Source of the DNA: Gammaproteobacteria bacterium
Lineage (GTDB): Bacteria; Pseudomonadota; Gammaproteobacteria; JBIOEC01
Direction of reading: 5' to 3'
Assembly (NCBI GenBank): GCA_965279305.1
Contig: OZ257143.1
Coordinates: 480,001-512,000, forward strand
Length of the DNA stretch: 32,000 bases
Shown: in pieces, positions 1-8,966 of the stretch
Position numbering within the stretch: position 1 is the stretch's first letter
Layout of the letters: the number at the start of each line of letters is the position of its first letter
Translations under genes and position numbers: made by a program
Notes under the pieces: generated by a model
Seen by the model: the letters and a program-made list of their open reading frames with translations, nothing else
Told to the model about the DNA's origin: nothing
The model's database searches: none

Positions 1-861
1 CAGACCTTAGAGCCACGATTATTTTATTTATATGTACCCAATAAAAATCAAAATGATTTACCTAATTTTGATTCTGAGCTAATGGAATTTAATTACAACC
101 AACTTTTTCGTATTAACCGATTTAGTGGATTCGATCGCATTGGTGACGCTAACCAGTTAAGTTATGCGGCCACTACGCGATTTATTAATACACAAACGGG
201 TGCAGAGCGCTCTCGTTTTAGTATTGGTCAAATTGTTTATTTTGATGATAGACATGTGAGTATTTGCGATACTGATGCAGTTACACAGTGTATTGATACA
301 GAAGATCCCACCAACACCCAAGAATTTTCACCTATTGTGGCAGAGCTTTATTATTACTTTACACAAAATTGGTCAGGGCTTATTGAAACCCAATGGAACC
401 CCAGCGATGTTTCCCAATTAGAGCAGCAACGCGTTCAGGTCAATTACCGTGATGATGAAGGGCGGATGTTTAATTTAGGATATAGCTTTATTTATCAAGG
501 GAACCCTGTGTCTGATGCCTCTCCTGGCAGCAGTCAAAATAACTTAGATCAAATTGACGGCGCGTTTGGCTGGCAAATACTGCCGCAATGGAAAGTATTA
601 GCAGGTATTGAATATGATATTACCAATAACTTCTCGGTAGAAAATTTTGCAGGCGTAGAATATGAAAACTGCTGCTGGGCGATACGCGTAGGCGCTCAAA
701 AATACTTAACCATTAATAGTAGTGAAGATTACCAGCAGTTTGATGAGCAGTATTTTATACAATTTAGCTTAAAAGGCCTGGCTTCTATTGGTAATAGCCC
801 AGGCGGCCTATTTGCTGATGAATTGGCCGGCTATAGCGATACCTTCGGCACCCGCTACTAA
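1..861 (+). CDS. lptD: LPS-assembly outer-membrane protein LptD, C-terminal part (gene starts upstream of the window)
   Basis: Frame 1 is open from nt 1 (QTLEPRLFYLYVPNKNQNDLPNFDSELMEF...), so the Met at 82 in the ORF track is internal. It carries the LptD/OstA C-terminal barrel signature NRFSGFDRIGDANQLSYA. surA-pdxA follow directly, as in the classical lptD-surA-pdxA locus. Confidence 0.9.
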   Translation, partial: QTLEPRLFYLYVPNKNQNDLPNFDSELMEFNYNQLFRINRFSGFDRIGDANQLSYAATTRFINTQTGAERSRFSIGQIVYFDDRHVSICDTDAVTQCIDTEDPTNTQEFSPIVAELYYYFTQNWSGLIETQWNPSDVSQLEQQRVQVNYRDDEGRMFNLGYSFIYQGNPVSDASPGSSQNNLDQIDGAFGWQILPQWKVLAGIEYDITNNFSVENFAGVEYENCCWAIRVGAQKYLTINSSEDYQQFDEQYFIQFSLKGLASIGNSPGGLFADELAGYSDTFGTRY

Positions 862-951
862 GCCCTAAAATCCGGTATTTCTCCCACCAGCCTTTGAGGT
901 GGCGGGCAGATATGGTAAAATTACCCTACGTTTTTAATAAGTTGATTATTT

Positions 952-2289
952 ATGTCATTATCCAGACCGGTATTTAAACTTCTCTCTACCCTTATTTTAT
1001 CAGGCACCCTGCTCAGCGGTACCAGCTATGCCGACAGCATGGCTTTAGACAAAATCGTAGCAACGGTAGATACCGAAGTGATCACAGAAAATGAACTTGA
1101 TCGCCGCACCGACACCTGGAAGAAGCAGCTTGCTGCTCAAGGACAAACGGTTCCCGAACCTGGCTCTAAAGAAGAAATTGAGCTAAAAAAACAAGTACTG
1201 AACTTTTTGGTCGATGAACGCCTTCAATTGATGACCGCTGAAAAATACGGGATCACGGTAGAAGACCAAGATCTTAACCAAACCATTAATTCTATTGCAG
1301 CTCAAAATCAAATGGATATGGACGCCTTCAAAGAAGCGTTAAAATCAGAAGGCATGACTTATGAAAAATTCCAAAATGAATTGCGCCGCGATTTATTATT
1401 GAGCCGTTTGCAACAACAAATGGTGAATAGCCGCGTAGTAGTGAGCGATGAAGAAGTGGATGTGTTTATCAAAACCTCTAAACATTTACTGACGGCGAAT
1501 CAAGAATACCGCGCTAGACATATTTTAATTAGCTTACCGGAAGATCCTTCTGCTGCTGAAGTGGCCGCTGCGCAGAAAAAAGTAGAAATTATTCGCCAAC
1601 AATTAACTGAAGGTGATTCATTTGCAGAATTGGCGACCCAATATTCTTCTAGCTCTACTGCCGTTGAAGGTGGTGATTTAGGTTGGTCTAAAGAAGGCGA
1701 ACTACCCTCTTTATTTGCTAACGTAATTCCCAAACTAAAAATAAATGAAGTAGCAGGACCTATCAGAAATGATAGCGGTTTACATTTAGTCACTTTATCA
1801 GAAGTGCGTAGTGACGATTCTAAACAAGAAGTGCAACAAACACATGCAAAACATATTTTAATTAGAACCAATGAAATTGTGAACGATAACGAAGCGCGCT
1901 TCCGTTTAACCGAATTAAAAAATCGAGTGGCTGAAGGTGAAAGTTTTAATTCATTAGCACAAACTCATTCTGAAGATACAGTTAGTGCTAGCAAAGGCGG
2001 TGATTTAGGCTGGGTAGATATTAATAGTAATTATGATCCTACCTTCCTTAAAGTGGTACAAACCACACCCGAAAATACTGTTAGCGAACCTTTTAAAAGC
2101 GCGTTTGGCTGGCATATTGTGCAAGTGATAGAACGCCGACAAGAAGATCAAACCGAAGATCTACAACGTAAAGCGGCTCGCCGTATGTTACAAAATAGTA
2201 AATTTCCGGAAGAGCGTCAAAAATGGATCCACGAATTACGCGATACATCATCCATTGAAATTAAAGATGAGAAATTAAAAGATTCCTAA
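952..2289 (+). CDS. surA: Periplasmic chaperone / peptidyl-prolyl isomerase SurA
   Basis: ATG at 952. Signal peptide (LLSGTSYA/DS), N-terminal chaperone domain, and two parvulin repeats (ARHILI...GGDLGW and AKHILIR...GGDLGW...FGWHIVQV). Positioned between lptD and pdxA. Confidence 0.92.
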   Translation: MSLSRPVFKLLSTLILSGTLLSGTSYADSMALDKIVATVDTEVITENELDRRTDTWKKQLAAQGQTVPEPGSKEEIELKKQVLNFLVDERLQLMTAEKYGITVEDQDLNQTINSIAAQNQMDMDAFKEALKSEGMTYEKFQNELRRDLLLSRLQQQMVNSRVVVSDEEVDVFIKTSKHLLTANQEYRARHILISLPEDPSAAEVAAAQKKVEIIRQQLTEGDSFAELATQYSSSSTAVEGGDLGWSKEGELPSLFANVIPKLKINEVAGPIRNDSGLHLVTLSEVRSDDSKQEVQQTHAKHILIRTNEIVNDNEARFRLTELKNRVAEGESFNSLAQTHSEDTVSASKGGDLGWVDINSNYDPTFLKVVQTTPENTVSEPFKSAFGWHIVQVIERRQEDQTEDLQRKAARRMLQNSKFPEERQKWIHELRDTSSIEIKDEKLKDS

Positions 2290-2295
2290 AAACCT

Positions 2296-3261
2296 ATGAT
2301 TCCACGTATAGCCATTACGCCCGGTGAACCTGCAGGTATAGGCCCTGATATTGTTATCAAGCTAGCGCAACAATCTCATAATGCTGAACTTATTGTTATT
2401 GCGGATCCTGATTTATTAAAAGAACGTGCCGCACTTTTACAATTACCCTTAACGCTTAACCCTTTTGATTCTAAAAAACCACCAGAAAAACAAGCGGCCG
2501 GCACATTAACTATTTTTCCGGTTAAATTACACTCTCCCGTCACGCCGGGTGTATTAAATGCTGACAATGCGGCTTATGTACTAGACACCTTAGAAAAAGC
2601 CACTGAAGGTTGTTTGAATGGCACCTTTAACGCGCTGGTCACAGGCCCTGTTCACAAAGGTATTATTAATGAAGCTGGTATTCCATTCACAGGACATACA
2701 GAATGGCTAGCCGATCGCAGTCATTCAGAAGTAGTGATGATGCTAGCCACACCTCAATTGCGGGTCGCACTCGCCACTACTCATTTACCTTTAAAAGAAG
2801 TGTCTTCCCATATTACTTATGAAGGGATAATAAAAACGTTACGTATTCTTCATGCCTCTTTGCAAATACTGTTTCATATCGAAAACCCGCATATTTTTGT
2901 AGCCGGATTAAACCCACATGCTGGCGAACAAGGTCATTTAGGACGTGAAGAAATCGATGTGATTATTCCTGCATTAGAAACATTACGTAAAGAAGGTTTT
3001 CAAATAACAGGCCCTTTACCTGCTGACACTTTGTTTACGCCTAAGTATACTGAGCAAGCCGATGCTATTGTGGCTATGTATCACGATCAAGGTTTGCCGG
3101 TGTTGAAATCTCAAGGTTTTGGAGAAGCCGTTAATATCACGCTAGGCTTACCCTTTTTACGCACATCCGTGGATCACGGAACGGCTTTAGATTTGGCAGG
3201 CACCGGAAAAGTATCGGGAGAAAGCCTAGAAGCCGCCTTACAAATTGCATTACATATCTAA
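2296..3261 (+). CDS. pdxA: 4-hydroxythreonine-4-phosphate dehydrogenase PdxA
   Basis: Starts 6 nt after the surA stop. Motifs [32 protein letters not shown] and SVDHGTA are typical of PdxA. Confidence 0.92.
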   Translation: MIPRIAITPGEPAGIGPDIVIKLAQQSHNAELIVIADPDLLKERAALLQLPLTLNPFDSKKPPEKQAAGTLTIFPVKLHSPVTPGVLNADNAAYVLDTLEKATEGCLNGTFNALVTGPVHKGIINEAGIPFTGHTEWLADRSHSEVVMMLATPQLRVALATTHLPLKEVSSHITYEGIIKTLRILHASLQILFHIENPHIFVAGLNPHAGEQGHLGREEIDVIIPALETLRKEGFQITGPLPADTLFTPKYTEQADAIVAMYHDQGLPVLKSQGFGEAVNITLGLPFLRTSVDHGTALDLAGTGKVSGESLEAALQIALHI

Positions 3262-3267
3262 TATTTT

Positions 3268-5328
3268 CTAGCTAGGATTGTTTGCAGGTCCCGCTTCTAG
3301 CACTGGAGCAGGTGCAGTTAATTGATTAATAAACTGTGTTATTTGTGTCTTATAGCACATCTCAAGCAAAGGCATTAAACCCTGTATGATTCCTGCTCTA
3401 ATAGTCACTAGATCTTCTTTTATAAATTCAAAGTAGGAATGACTCAAGTTCAAGATATAAGCTGAAACAACCACTACCTCTTGCAGAAATGGATATAGAG
3501 AAATATTCGGTTTTATATCATCTCCCAATACATCCAACTTCATATTTAAAAAATCCAGCGCCTCTATTATTTTTTTATAATGCAATTTTACTCGCTCTGA
3601 AGGGAAAATAGCAGGAAGTAGGTTATTACTATTCATTAATTTTCCAGCTAGTATTTCTATCTGTTTTTTAAACATCTGTAATTTATATAAAAAATCTTTA
3701 ACATGTATGGGTTCAAGTGTATTGCTAGCCAAAATTTCTACCCGTTGTCGTTTGACATATGGCATATTACTAGTGGTTTTTATAAATGACAAAATATCAG
3801 CTTCCAGCATAAAATTATGCATAACTAAAGCGAAATATATTATTTTTCCTCGTGCATTCTGATAATTCTCATTCACCTGAGGTTCCATTTCAAACGGTGC
3901 CGTCAATTTTATTAAAGACAAAGCACCAACTAAAATATTAGAAATGCATAAAAATATTTGAGATTGCAATTCTCGACCATCAAAACCTTGTGGTGAGTTA
4001 ATTATTATTTTTAATAGTCTTTCATAATCACGAATAAGCTTTAAGAGTTCTGTGGTTGCTTTCAGTGACCGTTCATTAAATGACGCATCCTCTTCTTCTT
4101 TGGGCTGCAAAAAAGCCCTTACTATTTGAGTATATGTTTTTATATCAATACTGATTAATCCATAACCACCTATTTTAGATAAATCATTAATGCCCATTAT
4201 ATTTTGTGGAAAAAAAGGTGGGGTTGTTTCAATAGCAGGTGCTGGTGCATCTGCTGATCTTTTCCTGGTAGCTGAAGCTGAGCCTGCAGCACTACTCTCA
4301 CCAACAGAACTAATAGAAGCAAGCACAAGATCAGATGGATCGGGTGATTCAAGATGAGCGGGTGCAGCTGTACTGTTAGAGTTAGATGAAGAAGAGAAAG
4401 TATGCGCTGGCGCTGGAGTTGAACTTTCAGATCGTGCAGGTGATCCTCCGCTACTCGAACTAGCTACGTAGAGAGTGGTAGACGGATTTGAAGATAAAGA
4501 AGCCTCAGTTTTGACTATGTTGTCAGAAAAAGAACTAGCCATCTCTGTCAAATGAAATAGATCGGCAATCGTGACTGCATCTCTTTTTGTATCAAAATCA
4601 ATTCCTAACCATTTACTTACTAGCTCCACATAAAATCTTTGTTCTTCTCGATTAAATGAATCAACAACAAGCCTTCCAACTTTTGCATTAGTCTTTTCTG
4701 TAATAACACCTTTCCCTTTTTTCTGAAAGCTTGATAATCTTTGTTTTTCATCCTTTGTAAATAATTGATCGGGATCAGCCAACATGGCTCTGTAAACATT
4801 TAAATTAAGAGAATATTTTTCATCCCCCCGATTACTCATGATTTTATTAATGATTTTTTCAAGCACATCATCTTTATTTGGTTTTTTTGAATCTTTATCT
4901 AATAGGAACCAATCACCTAACCCTGTTGCTTCAAAAACGAGATCTACATCGCCATTTTTCACTTTCCACTGAAAACGTCTAGTAGGGGCTTTAGAAGGTA
5001 CCGCTTCCTTTCCACGTAAATACAGCTCGGTTTCCACCATTCTTTTTTCAATAGCCGTATTAAAATAATCATCTTGGGTAAGTGCGGTAAGAAGAGCAGG
5101 AAGTTTGGTTGTTATAGGTGCGTCAGAGGCAAGATTAAAAGCTACTAATCGCTCCTCTAATTCCCTGATTTTTTCAGCATGGAAGCGATCTTTACGTAAT
5201 AAATTTTGAAAGGTAATAAGAAAAATATAATGACGATTTGAGGAATTACGTACAATATTCGCTATTTCAGCGCTAATAATTCGATTAAAAAAAGAAAACA
5301 CGGAGGCATGAGGCATAATAACACTCAC
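3268..5328 (-). CDS. Orphan 686-aa protein: ~260-aa N-terminal domain, ~110-aa Ser/Ala/Pro-rich linker, ~310-aa helical C-terminal domain. No family recognised; candidate secreted or effector-like protein.
   Basis: Long uninterrupted ORF with no signal peptide or TM segment. The codon at 5328 is GTG, and the first ATG is at 5316 (MPHASV...), which is an equally plausible start. Its stop lies only 6 nt from the convergent pdxA stop. A near-consensus promoter sits upstream (see 5360-5388). By eye it is more AT-rich than neighbouring housekeeping genes, except in the linker. Confidence 0.75.
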   Translation of the reverse strand: MSVIMPHASVFSFFNRIISAEIANIVRNSSNRHYIFLITFQNLLRKDRFHAEKIRELEERLVAFNLASDAPITTKLPALLTALTQDDYFNTAIEKRMVETELYLRGKEAVPSKAPTRRFQWKVKNGDVDLVFEATGLGDWFLLDKDSKKPNKDDVLEKIINKIMSNRGDEKYSLNLNVYRAMLADPDQLFTKDEKQRLSSFQKKGKGVITEKTNAKVGRLVVDSFNREEQRFYVELVSKWLGIDFDTKRDAVTIADLFHLTEMASSFSDNIVKTEASLSSNPSTTLYVASSSSGGSPARSESSTPAPAHTFSSSSNSNSTAAPAHLESPDPSDLVLASISSVGESSAAGSASATRKRSADAPAPAIETTPPFFPQNIMGINDLSKIGGYGLISIDIKTYTQIVRAFLQPKEEEDASFNERSLKATTELLKLIRDYERLLKIIINSPQGFDGRELQSQIFLCISNILVGALSLIKLTAPFEMEPQVNENYQNARGKIIYFALVMHNFMLEADILSFIKTTSNMPYVKRQRVEILASNTLEPIHVKDFLYKLQMFKKQIEILAGKLMNSNNLLPAIFPSERVKLHYKKIIEALDFLNMKLDVLGDDIKPNISLYPFLQEVVVVSAYILNLSHSYFEFIKEDLVTIRAGIIQGLMPLLEMCYKTQITQFINQLTAPAPVLEAGPANNPS

Positions 5329-5359
5329 AATACTTATTTAAATCAATTCTCTTGATATT

Positions 5360-5388
5360 ATTATCTCCTACATTGTTTATTTTTTCAA
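5360..5388 (-). promoter_or_regulatory. Candidate sigma70 promoter for the 686-aa orphan (TTGAAA-N17-GATAAT)
   Basis: On the minus strand, TTGAAA (5388-5383), an exact 17-nt spacer, then GATAAT (5365-5360). This is about 40 nt upstream of the ATG at 5316. The -35 overlaps a 21-nt AT-only palindrome (5387-5407). Confidence 0.4.
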
Positions 5389-5431
5389 TATTTTTTAAAA
5401 AAATATTAATTCTCAATTTTCATTTTTTATT

Positions 5432-6334
5432 TTAATGTTTACGAGAAACAGCATATCGGATAATTTCACGCAAACGATCGGCTTTGTGATCGAAAATATT
5501 CAAACATTCCAGCGCTTGTTCACAAATTTCTTCTGCGTAATGCCTTGTTTTTTCTAAGCCTAACACGCTAACGTAAGTGCTTTTCTGTTGAACATGATCC
5601 TTTCCAGACGTTTTTCCTAAATCATGTGTAGAACCTGTTACATCCAGAATATCGTCTTGCACTTGAAAGGCCAAACCTAAATAAGCAGCATATTGCGTTA
5701 AGTGTTTTAATTCTTGCTCTGTCATGTGTTGCGACGAAAGTGCGGCCATACGAACAGCAGCAATAATTAATGCTCCTGTTTTCATTTCATGTATATTTTT
5801 TAATTCATCAATCGTAACAGTAGTTCCGGTGTATAAAATATCCAACGCTTGTCCACCTGCCATTCCCAACGATCCAGCGCTTTTAGCTAACTCTGCAATT
5901 ACCAATAAATTACTCGCAAATTTTGCATTAGCCAAACATTGAAACGCTAAACTTTGTAAAGCATCACCCACTAATATAGCAGTTGCTTCGCCATATTTTA
6001 CATGACATGTAGGTTGGCCTCGACGCAGAGTGTCATTATCCATTGAAGGTAAATCATCGTGAACCAATGAATAACTATGAATAAGTTCTATGGCACAGGC
6101 TGCTGCATCTAATAAAGGTAAATATGTGTCGCCAAAAACATCTTTAGAATCAGTAAATAATTCTCCCGTGGCATACACTAAAGTAGCGCGCAAACGTTTT
6201 CCGCCATTTAATGTGGCATAGCGCATCGCTTCATGCAGGACCGTTGGGTTTTGGGTAACGGCAGGTAGTACGAGGTTCAACGCATGATTAACTCTCTCTT
6301 GGCATGCGTTTAAATAATTAGAAAACAACGTCAT
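5432..6334 (-). CDS. ispA: (2E,6E)-farnesyl diphosphate synthase (short-chain trans-prenyltransferase)
   Basis: First aspartate-rich motif LVHDDLPSMDNDTLRRG and second motif FQVQDDILD. Length and N-terminus (FSNYLNACQERVN) match IspA. The ATG at 6334 overlaps the rsmA 3' end by 17 nt. Confidence 0.9.
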   Translation of the reverse strand: MTLFSNYLNACQERVNHALNLVLPAVTQNPTVLHEAMRYATLNGGKRLRATLVYATGELFTDSKDVFGDTYLPLLDAAACAIELIHSYSLVHDDLPSMDNDTLRRGQPTCHVKYGEATAILVGDALQSLAFQCLANAKFASNLLVIAELAKSAGSLGMAGGQALDILYTGTTVTIDELKNIHEMKTGALIIAAVRMAALSSQHMTEQELKHLTQYAAYLGLAFQVQDDILDVTGSTHDLGKTSGKDHVQQKSTYVSVLGLEKTRHYAEEICEQALECLNIFDHKADRLREIIRYAVSRKH

Positions 6335-7151
6335 GTTTTTTATCCTGCTTTAAATGCTGAGTCAAGCGTAAAAAATCATTTACAGATAAGTTTTCAGCTC
6401 TGGCTTTTAAATCTAATCCCACGGCGAGTAAATCATCTTCGGTAGCTAGTGATTTTAAACTATTACGTATGGTTTTTCTTCTTTGTTGAAACGCTATATT
6501 TACTAGTGTTGAAAAAAAAGATTTATCTACCATATTCATTATATCGTTATCGGGTTTTGGTGTGAGTCTGACAATAGCAGAATACACTTTAGGCGGAGGA
6601 TTAAATGCATCAGGATTTACGGTAAATAATTTTTCTACATTACAATACGCTTGTATCATCACGGTAAGACGACCATACTCTTTGGTATTAGGTTTTGCCA
6701 CGATGCGATCGACCACTTCTTCTTGTAGCATAAAATGCATTTCATCTATTTTATTTAAATAGGTAATTAAATGAAATAAAATGGGTGTGGAAATATTGTA
6801 GGGTAAATTGCCAAATACTTGTAATTGTCTTTCTTTGGCGAGCTCTGCAAAATCTACCGAGAGTACATCAGTTTGAATAATTATTAAATGATCAGCGCCG
6901 GTAGAGGTATTGGCACAGGCTTCTTCCAGAAAAGGAATAATATATTTGTCATATTCAATGACAACTAATTCATCGACTAAGGGTAATATGGGGCAAGTGA
7001 TCGCCCCCAAACCTGGCCCTATTTCTACATAGGTATGCCCGTGTTTAGGGTGAATTACCTGAACAATATGATCAATCACCTGTTCATCGACCAGAAAATG
7101 CTGGCCCAATGATTTCACTGGCGCTTTTACTGGCAGCTTGCTTGAAGACAT
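6318..7151 (-). CDS. rsmA: 16S rRNA (adenine1518/1519-N6)-dimethyltransferase RsmA/KsgA
   Basis: Motifs LGQHFLVD, the SAM-binding EIGPGLGA, and NLPYNISTPILF. ATG at 7151. Confidence 0.92.
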   Translation of the reverse strand: MSSSKLPVKAPVKSLGQHFLVDEQVIDHIVQVIHPKHGHTYVEIGPGLGAITCPILPLVDELVVIEYDKYIIPFLEEACANTSTGADHLIIIQTDVLSVDFAELAKERQLQVFGNLPYNISTPILFHLITYLNKIDEMHFMLQEEVVDRIVAKPNTKEYGRLTVMIQAYCNVEKLFTVNPDAFNPPPKVYSAIVRLTPKPDNDIMNMVDKSFFSTLVNIAFQQRRKTIRNSLKSLATEDDLLAVGLDLKARAENLSVNDFLRLTQHLKQDKKHDVVF

Positions 7152-7216
7152 ACGTGCATGAACCCTATTTTTTAGCTATACTTTCTGGATATTTACTTTA
7201 TTAATAATAACACGAT

Positions 7217-8053
7217 ATGGCTACCTACGCGATTGGCGACATACAAGGTTGCTTTACACAACTGCAACAATTACTAGCAAAAATTCAATTTAACCCAGAT
7301 AACGACAAGCTCTGGTTTACTGGCGATTTGGTCAATCGTGGACATGAATCTCTGCATACTCTGCGCTTTATCAAAAAAATGGCTGAAAATCAGCAGGCAC
7401 TAACCATATTAGGCAACCATGATTTACACCTGCTTGCCGTACATGCCAATATTCGTCCTTTAAAGCAGAAAGACACTTTTCACGATATTTTAGAGGCACC
7501 TGATGCAGACGAGCTGCTTTATTGGCTACGCCAGCAACCTTTACTCCATTACGATGAGAAATTGGATTATCTAATGGTTCATGCAGGGATCCCGCCTCAT
7601 TGGACGCTAGAGCAAGCTACTCAATATCAAAATGAAATTCAAGAAGTGCTTAAAGGTAAACATTATAAAAAGCTCTTAGAGCATATGTATAACGAAACCC
7701 CTATTGCCGTTGATGCCATGGTATCTACCTGGGATCGTTATCGTATGATAATCGATTATTTCACTCGTATGCGCTTTTGCACAAAAGAGGGTGAATTGCA
7801 TCTGAAACAAAAAGGCATGCTCAGTGAGCAACCTGAAGGCTATTATCCCTGGTTTAGAGTGCCTGGTCGCGTGAATAGTTCGTTGCGAATTATTTTTGGG
7901 CATTGGGCAGCGCTAAAAGGCGAGATTGAAGATACCAATATTTTTGCGCTAGATACGGGCTGTATTTGGGGCAATTGTTTAACGGCCATGCGCCTAGAAG
8001 ATCAGCAACACTTTTCGGTTTCTTGTCACGACGTGAAAGTCAGCCAGGATTAA
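7217..8053 (+). CDS. apaH: Bis(5'-nucleosyl)-tetraphosphatase, symmetrical (ApaH)
   Basis: N-terminus MATYAIGDIQGC, followed by GDLVNRG, GNHD and the GH metallophosphatase motifs. Divergent from rsmA. Confidence 0.9.
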   Translation: MATYAIGDIQGCFTQLQQLLAKIQFNPDNDKLWFTGDLVNRGHESLHTLRFIKKMAENQQALTILGNHDLHLLAVHANIRPLKQKDTFHDILEAPDADELLYWLRQQPLLHYDEKLDYLMVHAGIPPHWTLEQATQYQNEIQEVLKGKHYKKLLEHMYNETPIAVDAMVSTWDRYRMIIDYFTRMRFCTKEGELHLKQKGMLSEQPEGYYPWFRVPGRVNSSLRIIFGHWAALKGEIEDTNIFALDTGCIWGNCLTAMRLEDQQHFSVSCHDVKVSQD

Positions 8054-8060
8054 TTGAATG

Positions 8061-8090
8061 ATTGCCACGCGAGCTGCGCTCGCTCGCAAT
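8061..8090. terminator. GC-rich imperfect hairpin between convergent apaH and coxC (possible bidirectional terminator or RNA-stabilising element)
   Basis: Outer stem 8061-8065/8086-8090 (ATTGC/GCAAT). Inner stem 8069-8074/8078-8083 (GCGAGC/GCTCGC) with a 3-nt loop and a 3x2 internal loop. It is the only GC-rich structure in a 46-nt convergent gap, but no U-tract follows on either strand. Confidence 0.4.
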
Positions 8091-8099
8091 GACAGGCAA

Positions 8100-8966
8100 T
8101 TAAATCCAGTAAACGAATACGAATAACGCCAACCACACATAATCCACAAAATGCCAATACCAAGCCACTGCTTCAAAAGCAAAATGATGCTGAGGTGTAA
8201 AATGATTTTTCATGCAACGTATAAAAATAATCAGCAGCATGGTTGCACCCATGGTCACGTGGAAACCATGAAAACCGGTGAGCATATAAAAAGTAGAGCC
8301 ATAAATACCCGAATGGAAAGTCACACCAAATTCATGGTGAGCATGATAATACTCATATGCCTGGAAGCCTAAAAATATCACACCTAATACGATAGTCAGA
8401 GCTAAACCAATAATCACTTGTTTGTGATTATTTTTCTTTAAACCCCAGTGAGACCAGGTTAATGTCGCGCCACTGCTTAACAATAATAAAGTGTTGATAG
8501 CAGGAATTCCCCAGGTAGGAATAACGCCAGTGGGTCCTGCTAATTCAGGATTTGGATTCACAATTAAAGGCCATACGGCTTGGAAATGCGGATATAAAAT
8601 TTCGCCGGTAATTCCTTTTGCGCCTTCTCCACCTAACCATGGTAAAGAAAACACTCTGATATAAAATAACACACCAAAGAATGCCAAAAAGAACATCACT
8701 TCAGAAAAAATAAACCACATCATACCTAAACGAAATGAGCGATCGAGTTGAGGGCTATACATGCCTGCCATACTTTCAGAAATCACATTACCAAACCAAC
8801 CATAAAACATCACAATTAAAATCATTAAACCAATAACTAAACTTGCCCAACCCCAGGTAATGCCATCTACTAGCAAGCCAGCGCCCACCGCCATGCAAAA
8901 TAAAGCGATAGAGCCTACGATAGGCCAAGGACTTTGTGCGGGAACATAATAATTAGGTGCGCTCAT
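8100..8966 (-). CDS. coxC: Cytochrome c oxidase (aa3-type) subunit III
   Basis: Seven hydrophobic helices. C-terminal signature HGFHV...FEAVAWYWHFVDYVWLALF. Its ATG overlaps the ctaG stop (ATGA at 8963-8966). Confidence 0.92.
   Translation of the reverse strand: MSAPNYYVPAQSPWPIVGSIALFCMAVGAGLLVDGITWGWASLVIGLMILIVMFYGWFGNVISESMAGMYSPQLDRSFRLGMMWFIFSEVMFFLAFFGVLFYIRVFSLPWLGGEGAKGITGEILYPHFQAVWPLIVNPNPELAGPTGVIPTWGIPAINTLLLLSSGATLTWSHWGLKKNNHKQVIIGLALTIVLGVIFLGFQAYEYYHAHHEFGVTFHSGIYGSTFYMLTGFHGFHVTMGATMLLIIFIRCMKNHFTPQHHFAFEAVAWYWHFVDYVWLALFVFVYWI

Noticed and set aside
862-951. Hairpin CCCACC...GGTGG(C)GGG between lptD and surA as a terminator or attenuator.
   Set aside because: The stem is short and imperfect, with a 9-nt loop and no U-tract. 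lptD and surA are normally co-transcribed or have internal promoters, so there is not enough to call a feature.
4210-4216. A7/T7 homopolymer in orf686 (CCT TTT TTT CCA), and similar 7-nt runs in other genes, as phase-variation tracts.
   Set aside because: Seven-nucleotide A/T runs are frequent in this AT-rich window, including in essential genes (coxB, GT-C gene, ubiH, pepP). Only the T9 in orf472 stands out.
5387-5420. PmrA-type box (TTAA-N7-TTAA, from TTAATATTTTTTTAAAAAAT on the minus strand) upstream of orf686.
   Set aside because: Only the first half-site resembles the Legionella cTTAATatT consensus as I remember it. The second is just part of an A/T homopolymer palindrome, and its distance to the -10 (about 24 nt) looks too large. 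In pure A/T sequence this is indistinguishable from chance without a genome-wide motif model.
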